From IMG/VR virus record IMGVR_UViG_3300032288_000917: a stretch of DNA of 64,000 nt. One strand, given 5' to 3'. The position numbers and the translations under genes were made by a program. Source of the stretch: an uncultured virus (IMG/VR IMGVR_UViG_3300032288_000917) (taxonomy: Duplodnaviria > Heunggongvirae > Uroviricota > Caudoviricetes). This document shows positions 18,859 through 30,800 of the stretch, in pieces. The notes beneath the pieces are model-generated. The model had not been told where the DNA came from. It searched no databases and saw only the letters and a program-made list of their open reading frames with translations. Each line of letters starts with the position of its first letter. Positions within the stretch are counted from its first letter, which is position 1.

Positions 18859-21800
18859 TATGCTCCAGTGTTACATTTTTTAATAAACTCTTGTACTAAT
18901 TCTTCTTTTGTCATAAGCTTAACTTTAGACATAGCATCCATTAAAGGCATACCTTCTTGTATATATGCATCTCTAACAGCCTTCCGCATCTCATCTACAG
19001 CAGGTAAAGTATTAGCGTCTTGAGCATAACCAGCATCAGCAGCTGCAGCTTTCTTATTAGCTGATAACAAATCTAAAGGATTACCGCTAGAAACAGGTGC
19101 TTCTTTTTTAACAGGCTGGGCTTTAGTTGTAGAGATCTGATCTAAAGGATTGTTAGCCTGCTCCATTAAAGGCTCTGACTCACCATTTATATCTTGAGTT
19201 TTTTCTTTCTTGGGCAGTTTACTTTGAGCTACTTTCTCAGCTTCTTCTAGACCTATACCATAAGGTACTACTTTGTTGTACTTATCTCCAAGAGTTTCTT
19301 TAAGTACATAAGTAGCACGTATACCTACTTTAGAACCATCAGCTTCCCTAGTCTTTTCAGTAAACTCTACGCCTTCTTTAGTCTTCTTACTTACCTCTAC
19401 ACTCTTAAGTACATAGACACCTTTAGAATCTTTCATTCTAAATCCATCTAAGAACTTAATTCTAGTATAAGATTTACCACCTACTACTTCTGTAGTAAGA
19501 GCAAACATCTCATTAAGGTTAGTAAGATTAGAAATAAACTTAGCCAGGTTTTCTTCTTGTACTTTACCTTGCAGACTCTTCTTAACCTCTTCCCAAGATT
19601 TTACTTCACCTGTTTCAGGATCTACAGACTCTTCTTGGATAGCTGAAATTTCTGTTGCAGTATAACCTGCCTGCCATCCTTTGAACATATCAAAGGTAAT
19701 AGAGCCATCCTCATTTTTAGTTACAGGCATTTCAGGTTTAAATGCTCCTTCTTTATAGAAAAGTAAGTTACTATAATTCGCAGCATCTCGTACAGACAGT
19801 TCTACAAACTCATCAGTAAGTTCTTCTAAAGACTTACCAAACATTTCTTTGTACTCTTGTTCAGTAGCTTCTTTGTTAAGTAATTCTAACACTCCTTTGC
19901 TAGCCCTACTGTATGCTTTAAACATAGCAGCAGGCATAATATTAATGAAAGAATTATTCTTAAACTGCAGTGCATCTTTAGCTACAAGGTAATTAAAGAG
20001 CTTAATTACAAACTCTCTAGTATGTTCTGCAGCATAGAGATTCTCTAGGTCATTAGTAAGACGTGTCTCAAACTCTACATTACCTTTTGTAGAGTTATAG
20101 TTGATACCCATAAAACCATTGCTAGTTTGTGGTCTAAATCCTAGGCTATACAAAGCAGGGCTTTGACCTACAAACTCAGGGTACTTTTCAGAAAGTTCTT
20201 TGTACTCATCAAGTAACATAGCCTGACTATCTTCAAGCTTATACAGCAGTCTAGAAATATTGTCTGTGTTTAAGACTGTAGATTTTTGCTGTATACTGTA
20301 AGCTCTTAATACAGTAAATGCTAAAGCAGCTTTCTTTATAGCGTTCTTTTTAGTAGCTACATCTCCAAGTACACGCTCAATATTACGCCATCCTGCATTA
20401 GTCATTTTACGTAAAGCAGGTGTTTGACTTATGGCAATCTTACCTGTGTTAGCTCGTTTATCTGCTAATACCTCAAGATTAGCTTTAGTAAGCTTATGCT
20501 CTCTAAAGATCTTAAGAATATTAGGCATAATCTTATTCTCTTTGGCCTTTACAATCTGCCAAGAACCATTGACTTTTTCAAGCTTACCACCTAATTGTTT
20601 AAGAGTCTCTATAATAATTTCTTCTTCTTCAAATGTAGACCCTGTACCTTTAGTAATCTTAATTACACTACCAATCTTTGAAAAAGTCTTAGTGATAGGC
20701 TCAAGCCCACTGTACATAGTAAGAGCTTTGTAATTAGCCACAAGGTACTCTAACTGTGCTTGTTTATCATCAGCAGCTCTTTCTTTCAAAGCATTGAGTA
20801 ACTCTTCTGTAGTAAACTCATTACTGTCTAAATCTACAGTAGCATTAGGAGCTATCTCTTTAATCTTTTTCTTTATATCCTCTAGCAAAGAGTTATAATA
20901 CTTACTAGTATTAATATACTTTTCACCTAAAGGACGAATCTTATTCCTTTTATTAGCTACAAATTGTGTATACTTCTTTACATAATCTTGGTTGATTAAG
21001 TACAAAGCGTCACGTAAAGAATAACCTAACCCTACAAGGTTAGATACATTTGACAATGCGTCTATACTTAACCCAAGCTTATTTACAAACCCATACTTAG
21101 GGTTATCAGTCATTGCAGAGGTTAAAGTAGACAAGATGTCCATGACTCTTTTGCCATCTTGGGTTTGATAGCTAGTGTACCCTTCTGATGTAAAGCCATT
21201 TATTTTAGGAAGGTTCTCCAAAAAGAGCTCACCAATCTTTATATTAAACTCACGCAATCTACCAAATATCTGAGTAGCATTTACTGCAGCACCAATAGAC
21301 TCTTGACCTGCTCTGTTAGAATCTAAAGCCTGCATAAGAGCTGTAAGAGTACTTACATCATGCTTTACATCCATCTCATCATAAGACTCAAAGCCTTTAG
21401 CCTTAGCAATCTCATCAAGGATTGTTTCTACCTCATCAATAGTAGCAGGAGTAGAAGTAATCTTTCTTACAGCTGGATTAGAGTGTAAAACAATCTTAGC
21501 ATTAAGAATAGTATTATTCAGAGTACCAGGGTTAAGTTCCCCTTTTTCTTTAGTCTGCTGAGCATACTCTGCAGCATTAGAAGGTAATCCAAGTTCTTTT
21601 AATGCTCTTAATACAAGTTGCTTGTTAAGATCCCTAAGCTTCTGTTTAATAGCAGCTTTCTCGTTAATAAGTTCTTCCTTATTAACAATCATCTCTTCAC
21701 CTAAAGAAAGCTCTTCAATGATATTTCTAAGGATCTGTTTTAACTCAAGTTCTTTAGTATTAGCACCGTTCTTTTCAATGTCTTCTGTAATATACTCTTT

Positions 21801-24800
21801 TACAAGAAGGTCTACAAACTTATCGTTAGTGTAGTATTGTAAGAACTGATCAAACTCAGAGTCTTCTGTATTCCCATACACCATAAACTTAGGTTTACCA
21901 TTTACATATTTGACGTAATGGTCAGGCCTATGAATATAGAATGAGTCAATATCAAAGTCAGATCCTGTAAGCTTTACAATCTCATGAGGAAACACTGCAT
22001 TAGAACCAGTAAAGTTAGGCAGGATGTCTACAAGCTTTAAGCTCATTGCAGAGTGCTTATCTTGAGAAGGAATTCTCAATCCAAACATATATGCAATCTC
22101 TTCAGGTATAATATCACCAGCTTTAAGTCCAAACTGTTCTGCAAAGTGTGCAGACATTACAAACTCAGAGTACTTACCTATCTCTTTACCATTCTTATCA
22201 AGCCTTGGTTTGTTGTAAGCTAAGTCACGAGTCTTTAATCTACCAGCTTTATAATCAGCCATGTATTTCTCAGGGTTCTCGTCAAACATAGCTTTGTTGA
22301 CAATAACCTCTGTACCATCAGCTTTTTCATAAAACATAATCTGGTGTCCAAAGCCAGACTGTAAAGTAGTTTTATAGCCAGGAATCTTCTGACTGAATAC
22401 CTTATTGAAGTGTGCATTGTACATAGCCTCAAACTTTGCAGTAGTATGAGGCATATTTGCAAAGTCAAACACAGGGACACCACTTGAATCTACCTTAAAG
22501 AAGTCTAGTAACTGTCCAGTAGCTCCTGTTTTGATAAGACTTTCACGCATTATCTTAGCAAGGCGACCCATCTTAGGATTAGTCTTACCTTCTTGTAATG
22601 CAAAGATTATAGATTTAGCTGGGATGTAGCTACGAGTTACCTTCTGAGCTTGTGCAGAATCATATAAATCAAGCAGGTCTCCTACAGTCTTGATGTTATC
22701 ATAAAAAGGGTACTCTATCTTTTGAGCCCTGTCTTGTTCTACCTCAATGATATTTTGCATCTGGGTAGGATTACTAATCTGATCTTTATTTGATGGGTTC
22801 TCTTGTTGTAACCTACCAAACAAATTACTGATGCTACCTACTTGTCTTGTAGGATCAGGGACACTAAACATATCATTAGCATCCATTTCTACTACATTCT
22901 CAGTAAGCATCTTAGATGCAGAGGGAGGCATTAACAAGTCTATACCATGCTGCTCCATTTGTTGCAACATGTTAAACTTAACTTCCATTCCAGGACGTGC
23001 TACTCTTTCACCATTTATCTCAACAGATACTTCTTCTCTGCTAAGAGTTTGTACAGACAGTTTAAAGAACCTAACTCCATCATGGTATACTAACTTCATA
23101 GAGTTAGCCATGACATTCTCTTTCTTCAAGGTAGTCCAATCTTCAGGTGAGATAGGTTTACCTTCTATAATGTCATTATAGATTGCACGAGTCTTTTCAG
23201 TAAGTCTGCCTAAACCATACAAGTAATTCATAGCAGCTCTTGCAGAAATGTAACCTTGAGCATCTGCAATATCTACCTTACCTTTCTTGCGTATATCAGC
23301 AAGTTTCTTTTCTTTTTGTGCTTGTGTAAGAGTATCATCATTCTGAATAGAGTCAAGGACTTCTTTAAATTCAGCTTGATCCTCAGGGTTGTTCATATCT
23401 AAAACCCTGTTAGTAACAGTAAACTGTTTACTAGGATCTTCTATCTTACCACCTGCAGCTCTTTTACCTATGATTGCAAAGCGTGTTTCAGGCATCATTT
23501 CACTATACAATGAATCACCTGAAGCATTACGTGCTTTAGCACGCTTAAACCAATCAATAGGATTCTTAACTACTTGTGCAGCATCTCCTTTGATAAGTTG
23601 ATTATAACTTAATCTGTTTAGGTAGTTATTTAAAAAGACTTGAGCAATATTATCTCCAGCATATCCAGAAGTAAAAGGATTTTTCATCCTCTGGTCTGTC
23701 ATTGCTTTTAAAATCTTATTACGTGTTTCTGTAGTTTCAGAAAGCCACTTACCACCACTTATATAATCCCTACGTCCATACCTAGTATCTAGGAGTACGT
23801 TTATATAAATAGGTTTACCGTCTTTATACCCTTTCTTTACTACACCTAGCTTAGCAAGCTCATCAAGATGTGTATCAATTTGAGCTGTAAAGTACTTCTC
23901 AATCTGCTCTTTAAGTGCAGGAATATATTGATCAAACTCACCAGCTGAAGCTGCTTCTAACTCTTTAAGTAAATCAGAGTTTTCAAACTTAAGCAGGTTC
24001 TCAAAGTGCCAGAACTTAAAGCCTCTCAGCTTATTACGTTCACCTTCAACAGCACCCCAATTAAACCCTTCTATCTTATCTAAAGGATTAGAGCCTTGAC
24101 TCTTTACAACTTGAATCCTGTTAAACTCTCTTCTTACCTCTGCTACAATAGCATCTTTAAACTTATCAGTAATCTTACCTTGCTTGTCAATAGTATCTAC
24201 TACAGGTAAAGGTACCATATTAAGAGACTTTGAGTTCTCCATAATATCCAGAACAACAGGTCTTACTTCTACCTCATTGTTACCTACTATACCATCAAAT
24301 CTAGAGTCAAGGTAATGACTGTACTCAGCAAGTGCAAGTTCCCTAGCTTTATAATCTCCAAAGGTTGACCCTTCTTCTGACTCTTTGAAAGTATCAACTT
24401 CAAATTGTCCAAACTGGTTTATCTTCATGTACCTTACTCTTGCCCCATCTTCACGGAGCAGCTTAAGGTGAGCTTTGATTTTTTGGAAATTAGCGTTCTT
24501 AAGTAAGTAATGGTCTTTAAAATACTCGCTCTGGTAATCAAGAGGCAATAAGTCCATTCTATCCCTAGCTATAGCTAAGGTTATAATACTATCAGCAGTA
24601 GGCTTTTGTAAGCTGTAGATAGTCTTATTCTCAGCATTTAAGAATGAGTTAGGAGATAAAGTCTCATCAAATAACTCATTGTTCTTAGCAAGAACAAGGA
24701 TTCTACTTACCAATCCTACCTCTACTTCTTTCTCTTTACCATCCTTTTTAACCTGTTCAACATCACGTACAAAAGGATTCTTACCTGTAGAAATATGTTT

Positions 24801-27800
24801 TACAAGCTCATCAATTGTAGTTACTATATAAGGCTGGTCTTCTCTTAAACTATAACCAAAAGATTCTACATAGCTTTTTTGAATATCAGATATACCTGCG
24901 TAGTTAGGGTTATTTAGTACTAAGAACTTAAGGTAACCTTGTGATAAAGAAATACCTACAGATTTTAATGCTTCATCTAGATTAGTAACCCTGAACATAA
25001 CATCAGAGTTACTTAACTCTTTAGGAGTATTGATATTAATAGCATTACTAGCTTTAGTAAGTTTATCAACAATCTTAGCTTTAGCTGTAGCTATTTTCTC
25101 TTCAGGAGTTTTACCCCACTTTTGCCAGGCTTTTACATAAGCAGCATTCCAACTTTCAAACTGTTGTTGGTCAGCAGTCTTACGATTAGAAGAGTAAGAT
25201 CTTGCTATACCCAGATTAAAATCATACTCTGTAAATGTATGGTCATGTGAATGCAGATTAAACCCTTTAACCATTGCATGATATAAATCAAGGTTAGCAG
25301 GTTTAAGTTCTGACTCAGAGTAATTTCCATCTTTTAAGAATGACTCAAGAGGAAAGCCAATATCATTTAAAAACTTATCTATTACATACCTAGGCTCACT
25401 AGACACATTTCTGTAATGAATGAGCTTAGTCATTACTTCTTTGCTAGTCAAAGAATTCTGAGTAGCCTTGGCTATACCATTATATACACGTTTAGTGTCT
25501 ACTGCTATAGTCATAGTAACATCTTCAGGGAATACATCAGGTACTCCAAAGAAGTCATTAAGACTTGTAGTATATGTAGTAAGAGAAATATAAGCTCTAA
25601 GCTTCTTACTTAAGTTTTTAAAACCACCTAAGTTTTCTTGATTTAGATCCCTATTTCTTTCTTTAGATTCTGTATCACCTTTTTTAGATACCTCATCATT
25701 ACTTTCACCTTCATTCTCTTCTACTACCAAGTCTACATCAAAAGATTTAAGAGCAGCCTCTACTGCATTCTTAATCTCTGTTCTTGGAGACTTTGGAAAC
25801 CCAGGTTCATTTATATAAGACTCTGGGTTAAGAGCAAACTCAATAGAGTAAAATAAGTCTTTTGCTTTTTCATTAGTACTAGCATCAATATAATCAGATC
25901 TAGTATCTAAGTTAAAGTTATCATGGAATGCATTTATAGCTTCATCAATAAGCTTACTTGTAGGAACATTAGGCTTAAGCTTAGCAGCATTATATACATT
26001 ACTAATAACAGTACCAATAATTTGGTTACTTATATGCTCAGGTAAGAATGTAGGAATGACTACAGGATTACCTTTATCATCTAATACATTATTACCATTA
26101 ACATCTTTTTCAAAAGAAGATCCTGCAAATAATGATACTTGAGCAGGAAGGACAGTACCAGTAAACTGGTTACTAACCATCTGCTTGTTCTTAAAAGTAC
26201 CATTATCAATAGCTTCAAACAGACCATCAAATGCATCTGCTTGTTTACTCTTTACAAAAATATCTAAGACTTTGCTAAGCTTTTCCCAAAGAGTCTGAAG
26301 AATACCTGCTAAACCAGTCTTAGCTTTAGTCTCTTTAGCCATGCGATGAGCTTTATACTTATCTGCCATGTACTCTTCAAGCATAAGATTAAAAATCTCC
26401 TGCTCTGAAAACTTAGTACCTGGGTTCTTAGCATAGAACTCTTTGCTAAACTTAGCTGCCTCAGAAGTAATACTTATATTCTTCTTCTTAAGCTCATCAC
26501 GCATCTGCTGCTTTGCAGCATCTCTGTAAAATGCAATCTCCTGATCTGTAAGAAATGCACGGAATACTCCGTGAAAAGCCTCATGATATTCAGTACCTTC
26601 TGGAGAAAACCTAGATAATCTAATTAAATTATCCTTAAAGTCTCCGTATAGTACAGAGCCATTTGCTAATCTTTCTTCTAACGCATCAAGAACTGTAACA
26701 CCTATACTATCTCCAAATACACTACGTATATAAGCAAAAGCTTTAGTCAAGTCTCTAGCCCTAGCACGCACCTCTCCACTACTCTGAGCATCAGGATCTA
26801 GCTTAGTAGGATCAATCTTTACTTGTCCACGAGGATTAGCTTTCTTATTAGAAACAGGAGCTGCAGAAGGTTGAGTAGGTGTAGGTGCTTGTGTAGCAGG
26901 TTGAGCAGGAGTACTATAGTTTATTCTAAACGAAAGATTAGTCTTTACGTTAGGAGTAACAGTAGGATAAAAAGATTGTAACGCAGCATCTGTATTAAGA
27001 TCTGGTAGCTGTGTAGGAATTTGTGTTTTAAAATTCTTTACAGTAATAGCTGGTTCGTTCTTATCAGTACGAATAGCATCTACTGCAGGCTTACCTTGAA
27101 ACTGCTGTGGTCTTTTAGGATCTTGTAGACTTTCATTAAGCTTTGTAATAAACTCATTTGCAGTAGTTGTAGGAGTTATAGTTACATTAGCAAAGACAGA
27201 AGGTTCAGAACCAAACTTAAACTCTAATGTAAACTGCTTAAAGTCTTCACTAAAATATAAACCTACATCCCAACCACTTCTTAAAGAAAAGAATACTTCT
27301 GAATTAAGAAGAGTAGCCATCTCTTTAGGAGTAGCAGTCTTTTCTTCTTGGAAAGTTTTAAGAGTATTAAGAAGGTTGTCAATAGGATACTGAGAAGGCA
27401 CCAAAGGAACCCACTCATACTTTTTATTATCTCCTTTAATACTTACTGTACCATAAGGATGCTCTACCAAAGCTACATACCTTTGTAAAAGCCTAGTGTT
27501 ATGGATTTTACCCATAGCTTTTCTTTCAGCTAAAGCTTCAAGGGCAGCTTTATATTCTTCTTTAGTTTCTAAAGTAGCAGGGTCTACATGCATTTGCTGT
27601 AAACTCTTATCAGTATTAGTATCTACAATAAACAGATTATTATCAGCATCCCTATATACAGGCCTTTCAGAATCAAATTGCTCTAACATAGGAGCTTGAA
27701 GCATGTCAGGGGCAGCTTCAAAGAACCCTTTGTTTATTTGAGGGTTTATAAGCTGGATAAGTTCTTCAGTATTATATGTATTCTTACCTTGCAGTAATTG

Positions 27801-30800
27801 AGCATATACGTAATCAAAGAATTTCTTAGCTTCTTGATAAGCTTTTACAAACTCTTGGAAGTTAGCCTTAGTACCTTTACCCGTCTCTTCGTTTATCTCT
27901 ACACTAAAAAGAGTTTTCCACTCTTCGTAGCTCATAAGAGTAGGGTCTAATGGTATACCTTCTTCATTTACAAACTTACCATAGTAAGGTATATAAGCAA
28001 TGTCTTTTCCCTTATGCTGAATAGCCATAGTAAGAGGAGAACCACTAAATGCATATGGAGCATTCTCTACTTTTGTAATTTTTAAAGGGTCTGTATTAAG
28101 TCGTATATCAAGAGTAATCTCATCTAAAGCTGCAGGATCATTTATAAGAAGATCATCTAAAGCTTGTTGAGCTTTTAATCTAGCAGCTTTAACTTTTGCT
28201 TTACTCATCCCATCAAGGGGATCAGTAGAAGGAGTATCTACTTCACTATCTACAAACTGTTCACCTATAACAAAGGTATTTAGATACTCACGAATATCTT
28301 TAAAAGGACGCTTTACTTTCTTGTCTTCTTTTGTTTCAGCATCCTTAGCATTCTGACGTTTGATTAACTCTTGATGAATTGCTCTTACTTTATCAGAGCT
28401 TACAGTATAACCATTCTCTTCTGCCTTAGCTACAATAGCTTCTACATCTTGTGATGATTTAGCTTGAGCAAGCTCTTCTGCTAAAGTATTAGCAGTTACA
28501 TTTTCTCTTGAAGAAATTTCTTGTGCAACAGCTTGGTCAAGTTCTGCTAGTTCTTCTGCTCTATCATTAATAAGCATTTCAGATGCAATCTCTTCTCTAA
28601 AACCACGAAGATCTGCAATATCCATACTAGCCAAGTCCAGTTCTTTACCATTAAGATCTGTAACTATGTTCTTACGATTAACATCTTTTACAAAGACATC
28701 ATTAATTAACTCTGGAGGTAAGTTAGATTGTTTTTTTAAAGTACTTGCAGTTTGTTTGTTATTCTCTTCCTGCTCAGCATTTTCAAACATTGCTTGAAAA
28801 GCTTCATCTTCAGTCTGAAGAACTTCCAAAGCTTTTGCAGGATCCTGTAAAGCATTATAATACTTTACAAAGTCTCCTTTTCTTTCTGTAAGTTTATTTA
28901 AATCTGCAAACAGATTAACAAGTGCTGCACCTTCTACAGGACTCTCAGCCTCAAACTGTTTTAAAGCAGCTGTATAAGAATCTATTGCATTGCTCTTTAA
29001 CTCTTTGAGGTATTGCTCATATGTCTTTTCAAAAGGAACATTCTCAGGAGTAACAGTATCTGCAATAGTAAAGATGTTCTTATGCATCTGCAAAAGCTTA
29101 GAAGCCTTTGCATCTTTAAGATCAAGAATCTCTTGTTCTATATTCTTAGTACGTGCCTCTACATCTTTAATAGTAGAAGCTGCAAAGAAAAACCTATCTC
29201 TTATCTTTTGATTAGTAGTTCTTTGTTCAGGTGTACCACTAGAAATACCATAAAGAGTAGTAAGATTGTCATTAAGCTTCTGTAACTCTGCAGTCTTATT
29301 AACAATCTTATCAATATCTTCTGTAGTAGTACCAGGACCAAAATGCTTTTCTAACTCTGCAGGATCTATGTCTTTCATAGACTGCAAACGAGTTACAAAA
29401 TAATCTGTAGTACCTGCATCAATCTGAGCTTTGATATATCTATTTAATGCCTTGTCTGTTTCGTTCTTAGCACTAAATAAATCTCCTTTCTTGAGATACT
29501 CTTCTCCTTTATTTGCATCACGTACACTGCCTAAGTACTCTCCTATAAGCTTGTTACTTTGTGTAAAGTTAGGATCAGCATTAAGTGCATCTACAAGCTT
29601 CTTAGTATTCTCATTCTTAGCAAGCCTTTCTGCACGTACACCTTTTAATCCAAAAGGTCCACCCACAATACCTCCAATAAGAATAGATTCTAAACCTTCT
29701 CTGTCAGTAAGAGTACTTGAAATACCCTCTGCTGCACCTTCATAAAAAGCATCAGCCCAAGCATCTCTTGAAAACTGGTATTGATCTACAAACTCTCGTG
29801 ATGCTATGTTAGATGCATACTGTGCACCTTCTTGTAAAGACTCAGGTAAGAACCCTTCGACAAACTTTTTACCAAAGTTAAAATACGCAGCTCCTTTCTG
29901 AGCAGCTACTTTATCAAAGTATTCAGTAGTACCTTCTGCAAGAGTTCTAGTACCAATACTATTGTATTGTTTAATTGCAGCTTTCTTACCTGGATTGATA
30001 AACTTACCTAAAAGCAAAAGGTTTGTACCTCCTGTAATAGGCATGTTGATAAGGTAATTAGTATTACCTACATCAGTAGCTAATTGCTCAATCTGTTTAT
30101 CAGTAAGAGAAGCATACTGTGCATACTCAGGATTAAAGTCAGGATTAGAAGGATCTCCTAAAGCTCGTGCTTCATTATAAAAATCCAAAGCTTCTTTAAA
30201 ACTTTGGCGTGCTTCCATAGAAGATTCACCATGAGCAAGGACAGTACCTAAAGCCATCTCTTTAGTTAAATCCCATCTTCCTTTACTAGCTGCTGCTGCA
30301 CCTATACCTTCTGCAGTAGTACTTAATCTTCCTGCTGCAATAGTTTCATCTCCAATCTGAGCAAGCTGTGCAGCTTTACCCATTTTGAATAGACTGCTTA
30401 TACCATAACCTGCAGCTAAAGAACCTATAGTATAACCAGCACCTCCTAAGACTTTATCAAACCAAAAGTTTTGATACCCCATACTACCAAGAAGACTAGC
30501 GTTCTTCTCAGCCTCACTATAATAAAAAGGATTAGACTCTCGTACTGCCTCATTTATAGAGTCCATAGCTTGGCCAAACTCATTGTTCCAAACTTGATCA
30601 GCCTCTCCTGTAATAAGACCTTTTGATATCCCATAAACAAAACCTACTGTAGAATCAAGAGCACCTGTAAAAGCACTAATAGTCATATTAACTAGACCAT
30701 TACCAAGCTTATCTAAAGCAGTTTGTTCTTGAGCCCTTATTTCATTTAATTGTTGTAAGTTTTCAAATGTAAGGGGTTGCTTATCATATTGAGATTGTCC